From contig NC_134027.1 in the NCBI RefSeq assembly GCF_964204645.1, positions 9,952,485 through 10,016,484 on the forward strand: a DNA stretch of 64,000 nucleotides. Direction: 5' to 3'. Below are positions 1-64,000 of the stretch, one piece after another. The notes beneath the pieces were generated by a model that saw nothing but the letters and a program-made list of their open reading frames with translations, was not told the DNA's origin and did not search any database. Numbering within the stretch: position 1 is the first letter of the stretch; each line of letters begins with the position of its first letter. Both the position numbers and the translations under genes were made by a program. This DNA is from Tubulanus polymorphus. Its lineage: Eukaryota; Animalia; Nemertea.

Positions 1-542
1 ATCCATGTGATTGTAATCAATAGAGAAGAAATCACAATTAGAAGCCATTGTCACATCCTTAAGGCCTTAGGAAGAAGAAATTCGAAACAAGAAACGGATT
101 CTGTGTTTATGCGTTTCAATTTGTAGTTCACCCATGATCCCATATACACCAAAAATACAATTAGTCATAAAATTCACATACTCCTTATGTATTTTTGCTA
201 TCATGTGATTCAACAATATTGCTGCCATTTCATTTTGTGATACTACTTGGGGCAGTGGGACGACTAAACATCGAAACGCGTAAACACAAAATCCGTTTCT
301 TGTTTCGGTGAGCGCCAGGTGATATCGCGTCGCTACGTCGTCGTCTCGACGTGAAAGCTTTATCCCAGATTCTTCGGCACCATTACATTTCATAAAAGTT
401 CCGTATTATCGGGGCTCATTTTCTGAGCCATTTCACATCGTTTCACCGTAATTCGTTCATTGATAACGACAAAAGCCAACAGCAGACGCGAATAACGGCG
501 GATAGTTGCTTACCGACGCGTGCATCGATTCAGTTATTACTT

Positions 543-546
<4 letters not shown>

Positions 547-612
<66 letters not shown>
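547..612. repeat. (TA)n microsatellite
   Basis: Perfect AT dinucleotide run. Confidence 0.97.
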
Positions 613-626
<14 letters not shown>

Positions 627-1316
627 TTTTATATGGTAATGTTTCTTGTTTATGTGAAGGTAATTCTTCCATGAGATCAAAGTGCAGACGTACCAACCGT
701 AAATGAAATATGTAGCTGCCGTTTACGAAACGTTTATCAGCGACGCAAGAGCGGCAAATGCGTTTATATTTAACGCTTTCATTTTGGTCCGCTACCTGTG
801 AAGAAATCGTAGACGATTTTACGATCTGTTTGCGATATTAACCTGGGTGTTTTTTTAAACAGACAGTTTGATACAGGAACTGATGTAACGAAATGTCGAT
901 TTCACTATCACATTATTCATTAGCCCTTGGATAATGTGTTTCAGTGAAATAACTTCTGAGAGAACTTAAATTGAATGAAAGAGTCATTTCCAGTCCAAAA
1001 TAACATAGGCCTATATATGCATACTTGCAAGTTAGCAATAATAATAATTGACATTTGTATAGCGCAGGCAATGAGGATAAGTGTCTTGACCGCAGACACT
1101 ACGGTTAAGTACGGGGCTGAACTCACGGCCTGGCTTCCCAAAGTCGAACGCTCTTACCACTTGCCCACACCGCTCGCTCAAGTTACTCACGGATACAGTG
1201 AACTTACTTCTGAGAACTTAAATAGAATGAAAGAGTTCTCATTTCCAGTCTAAAATAACTTGCAAGTTACTCATGGGTACAGTCGCCTTGTCAACAGTAA
1301 TTTGGTTTGTTTTCAG

Positions 1317-60376
<59,060 letters not shown>

Positions 60377-63300
60377 CGAATGCCCCCCATATGCCGCACC
60401 CCTAACAAATTACTAAAACAAAAACAAAAACCGGCATTTTTAATACTACTAAAAATGAACTATAGAGAAGAACAATCTTTGTTCGTTTTATACACGCGCA
60501 CTTATTTATTTACTTATTACGCATGAGGATGAATAACTCGATGAGTTGTTGAATTTTTGCATCGACACGTCAACAATATTATTATCATGATTATTTTTAT
60601 TATTATTATCATTATTCATATCATTATTATCATTCTTGAAGAAATGTTGCCAAAAAAGTTTTGTATATATTTTTACATTTTTTTTATCGATTGAATGGTA
60701 ATAAAAAAAACTAACCAGCAACCTAACAAAAAGATTTTGAATGAAAATTGAAGGCTTAGTTCTATATGTATTGATATATGTATACTGTTATATATTTATC
60801 ACCATTTAAGATTTTATCTTTGATTAGATAGTAGCTGCAGGCTTCTTGGTATAGGTTTATCGTGTATCTTGCCCAATAATAATGTGGTTCATTTGTGACT
60901 TTGACTAGTCATCCGCCTATTATTGAATGCATTTGCCGATGATATCTATCCCTAGAACCTGCGGAAGTTTCATCAAAATGTAAAAACTGCAACCTTCTTA
61001 AATTTTCATAGGCAAATGATTGGTTTGCATGAGTTTTTTGCCCGTATATAAGCTTTCATTGTTTAACATGAAATTCAAATGTTTTCACAAATGGCAATTG
61101 TATCTGGATTCTTCTATTAGCTGATTCAAACACGTATGAAGAGAAGATAGTCATATGTTTTTTAGACAGTTAACAACCTTTAGCATTTCAAATTGATATT
61201 CACTTCAATTCCCAATCATTCCCTTTTTTTTCAATACATAGCAATATATAGCACCACCATAATTGGGCAGTAGTCACCTTATGAGCAGTGTATGTACATT
61301 TGTAGATGCTAGAAATTTGTCCAGGAAAATAGCCAAAACTAAAATCTCAGCCCGGCGGAAAAAAACCAGGAGGCCCACATGGCCAACATTCAAACCATGA
61401 CTTAAACAAAGTTGTTGAATTATTTTTTTCTCTAGTTATTCTAAATCTTGTTATATAGTGTTTATTCAATCATCGTTCTAAATGGCCTGATATTCCTCCC
61501 TGTTGAAATTACCAGGTACTTATGATCCTTAGCCGGATTAAATGCTCACTAGTTGAGTGATAAAACTGCGAACAGTGTTTCTCCTAAATACAGTAATTGT
61601 TGGGTTTGGTTGAACGTGGAAAGATATGTACTTTATGGACGATCCTGGAGTAAATCAAGTTGCAAGCAATCAATGATGCTGTATACATGTCATTATCTAT
61701 CGTGTACCTGTTACTCTGTTATGAAGTCAAACGTATTTTGTGTTGCTTTATACCTGCGAATATTCATACATACATTTAGCAAATGTCGCAAAGATTGGAT
61801 TCATATATTGGATTGGATGAAATCTAGCGAATACACATTGATGATCGTAGTTCATATGGCAACAATCATATATCTAGCCTAGGTAATCGATGGACTACTT
61901 TTGCTCATTGGAGATTGAGTGATATGTAAGGCATTCCATAATATACTCAAATGGGAAAAATTGATATCAATATCAATATCGGTGTTTTTTTGGGTCAAAA
62001 TGCCCTTAAATTGATGAGCTGTTCAAAGTGGGCCCCGAATCCACCCTTACATTCGTTGGTTTTAGTCTTAAGATTCCATTCATGTCTTACTAATCACTTG
62101 AACAGCCAAAGTGGATTGATGAAAAAGTGGATTGATATTACCATTCTTTTTCAAAGCATCTGTTCAACCCAAACTTACAATAAATGATACTGGTCTGCTG
62201 GTCTTTTCAAGTGAAGTTGACTGAACAGCAACAAAACTGAATTTCTATTTTAAAAAGGGCATTGAGGGGTGATTTATCGGACAAAAAACCTGTACATATT
62301 TGTATTTTGTCATCATTCCAGTTTCTATGGTATAATATTGTAGATAAATTGTCACGCATTTGTCGCATTTGAGCAGACTATATGGTGTTCGAGATTTTTC
62401 ATTTCGTTTGCGGCTGTGTGACTTTTTTGCCTCGTGCCTTACGTATCTGTGATGTGAACAAAATGAACATATATCTTTCTATCAGTCAAGATTTTTAACT
62501 GTGAATGAACCAGAAGAAACCTATTTTAATGTAAAACTTCGATTATGTAATAGTGGACAGTTCTTAAAACCGGCCCTCGTGTTGGGGGGACAGATTAACT
62601 TTCCATCGTTAATTCATATGAATTATGCTGCATCTATACTGCAAATTCTCGGTAAATCTTATCACTAGAAGCAGAAACCAGGTTCAGAAAAGTGTGTTCA
62701 ATTGCAGTAAACCAATAGTAATGTCACTATACAACCACGTCTACGCTAACTCGTTGAACCCGGGTTTTGATGTACCCAGATTCAACAAAAACCTACGTTT
62801 GCAATGAGTAGCATCTACACTTTTCTGAGCTTCAGTTATACGAATTCACATTCGCGTTCAAGATCAAATTGTAGTGCCTGAACGCTGCACTGAACATGGG
62901 TTTACTGTCTACACCAGAGTTGAGTTTTACACAGTTTTATTGCAGGTTCAATGCAGAGTTTACCCTTCTTTTTCAAGAGGGATGTATTAAAACCTGGGTT
63001 TTGCGGAAAACTCTGCGTTGCCGTGTTTCGAGCACAGTGTAAACACGTAAACACGTATAAGAAGCAAGTGTAGACGTAGCTTACATGTACGAAATGGACA
63101 GTAGTGTTTGAACTGTAAATATATCACCAACTAAGTGAATCTCTGAGTTGAAGTGAATCTCTAAGTGGTCTGAGTTGACCCGATACTAAGGAAGGAGGCT
63201 ACTGTTCTAGGCAGCAACTCGTATTATTCGCGTAGAAATTAACTATGTGTAGACGCCACTTCAGAAAAATCCATTTCAATCCTTATCAGAATTATATTGG

Positions 63301-63610
63301 TAATTCACAAATCAAATCTATGTCTGCTGCTCGTGGAATTAATGATACTCACTCAGAAGAAGAAAGCAAAGTCAATTTGATTACGAGGTTTCGCCCAATA
63401 TTCGTTTACTGGTACCTGTAATTGCTTGTTTAAGTGGCATGCCTTTTTGAAAACCTTGCCTGCATTGAACTAACCTGAAAGCAACTGAATTTGTTTTCTC
63501 ATTTTTAGTAGTTCTTTCATTATTGGCGCTTGTATCCGGAGTGTAAAACAATAAAACTGGTTTCTGTTTTTTTGACGATGTTTTTGACAATATTTGTACT
63601 AATAAATTTG
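60377..63610 (+). other. Probable Cav1 3' UTR with candidate polyA signals (AATAAA at 60700, ~62179, ~63550, 63601)
   Basis: AT-rich non-coding sequence after the stop codon; true end unknown. Confidence 0.5.
62733..63081. mobile_element. MITE downstream of the stop codon
   Basis: acgtctacgct / agtgtagacgt TIRs. Confidence 0.55.
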
Positions 63611-64000
63611 GATATATATGTTCATAACAATAATAATATTACTAACTGGGATGGATGTGAACAAGGTACGTTATGGATACTGAAATATTACATATTTATG
63701 ACGAAATTTTATTATCTGTGTCTCATTCTTATTGCCCAACAATGCTTGATCCTTGCTAACGGATATTTGTCCTTATGGGGTAACAGTTGTATAATTGCTT
63801 TAATTTCTACTATTTCTAGGTATTGAAAATTCTAGAATATTTGAATAACGAGATATTTTATCATGCCCCAGATTTGTATCTACTCCGTTCGATATATTCA
63901 AAACGCTGCTGCTTCGTGGGTACAATGAAGTGCGACAGAATGCAATATGTCAAACATATGTTCGTAGCCAAATTCAAAAGTTAATCAAGTTTTTACCTGC

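Noticed and set aside
457-706. ORFs with (YI)n repeats
   Set aside because: Translation of a (TA)n microsatellite

Overview
Eukaryotic, AT-rich animal (probably spiralian or other invertebrate) genomic DNA. Almost the whole window is the + strand 3' portion of one L-type voltage-gated calcium channel alpha-1 gene (Cav1; CACNA1C/D, egl-19, Ca-alpha1D family). I traced 37 in-phase coding exons by hand, from IS6 (1317) to the stop codon (60376, C-terminus EMVYVTTL), followed by a probable 3' UTR. The N-terminus and most of domain I lie upstream of the window. Introns contain many MITE-like inverted-repeat elements, a tRNA-derived SINE, microsatellites and a 500-bp foldback. The main unexplained signal is a set of frame-compatible candidate cassette exons and microexons in the largest introns (I-II linker, IVS3-S4 loop, pre-IQ/IQ junction), plus candidate alternative terminal exons, one at the same position as vertebrate Cav1.3 exon 42A. 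Also seen: a U12-type intron, degenerate hammerhead-ribozyme motifs, a consensus RFX X-box and a possible nested antisense transcript. All alternative exons are predictions from sequence only and need RNA-seq.
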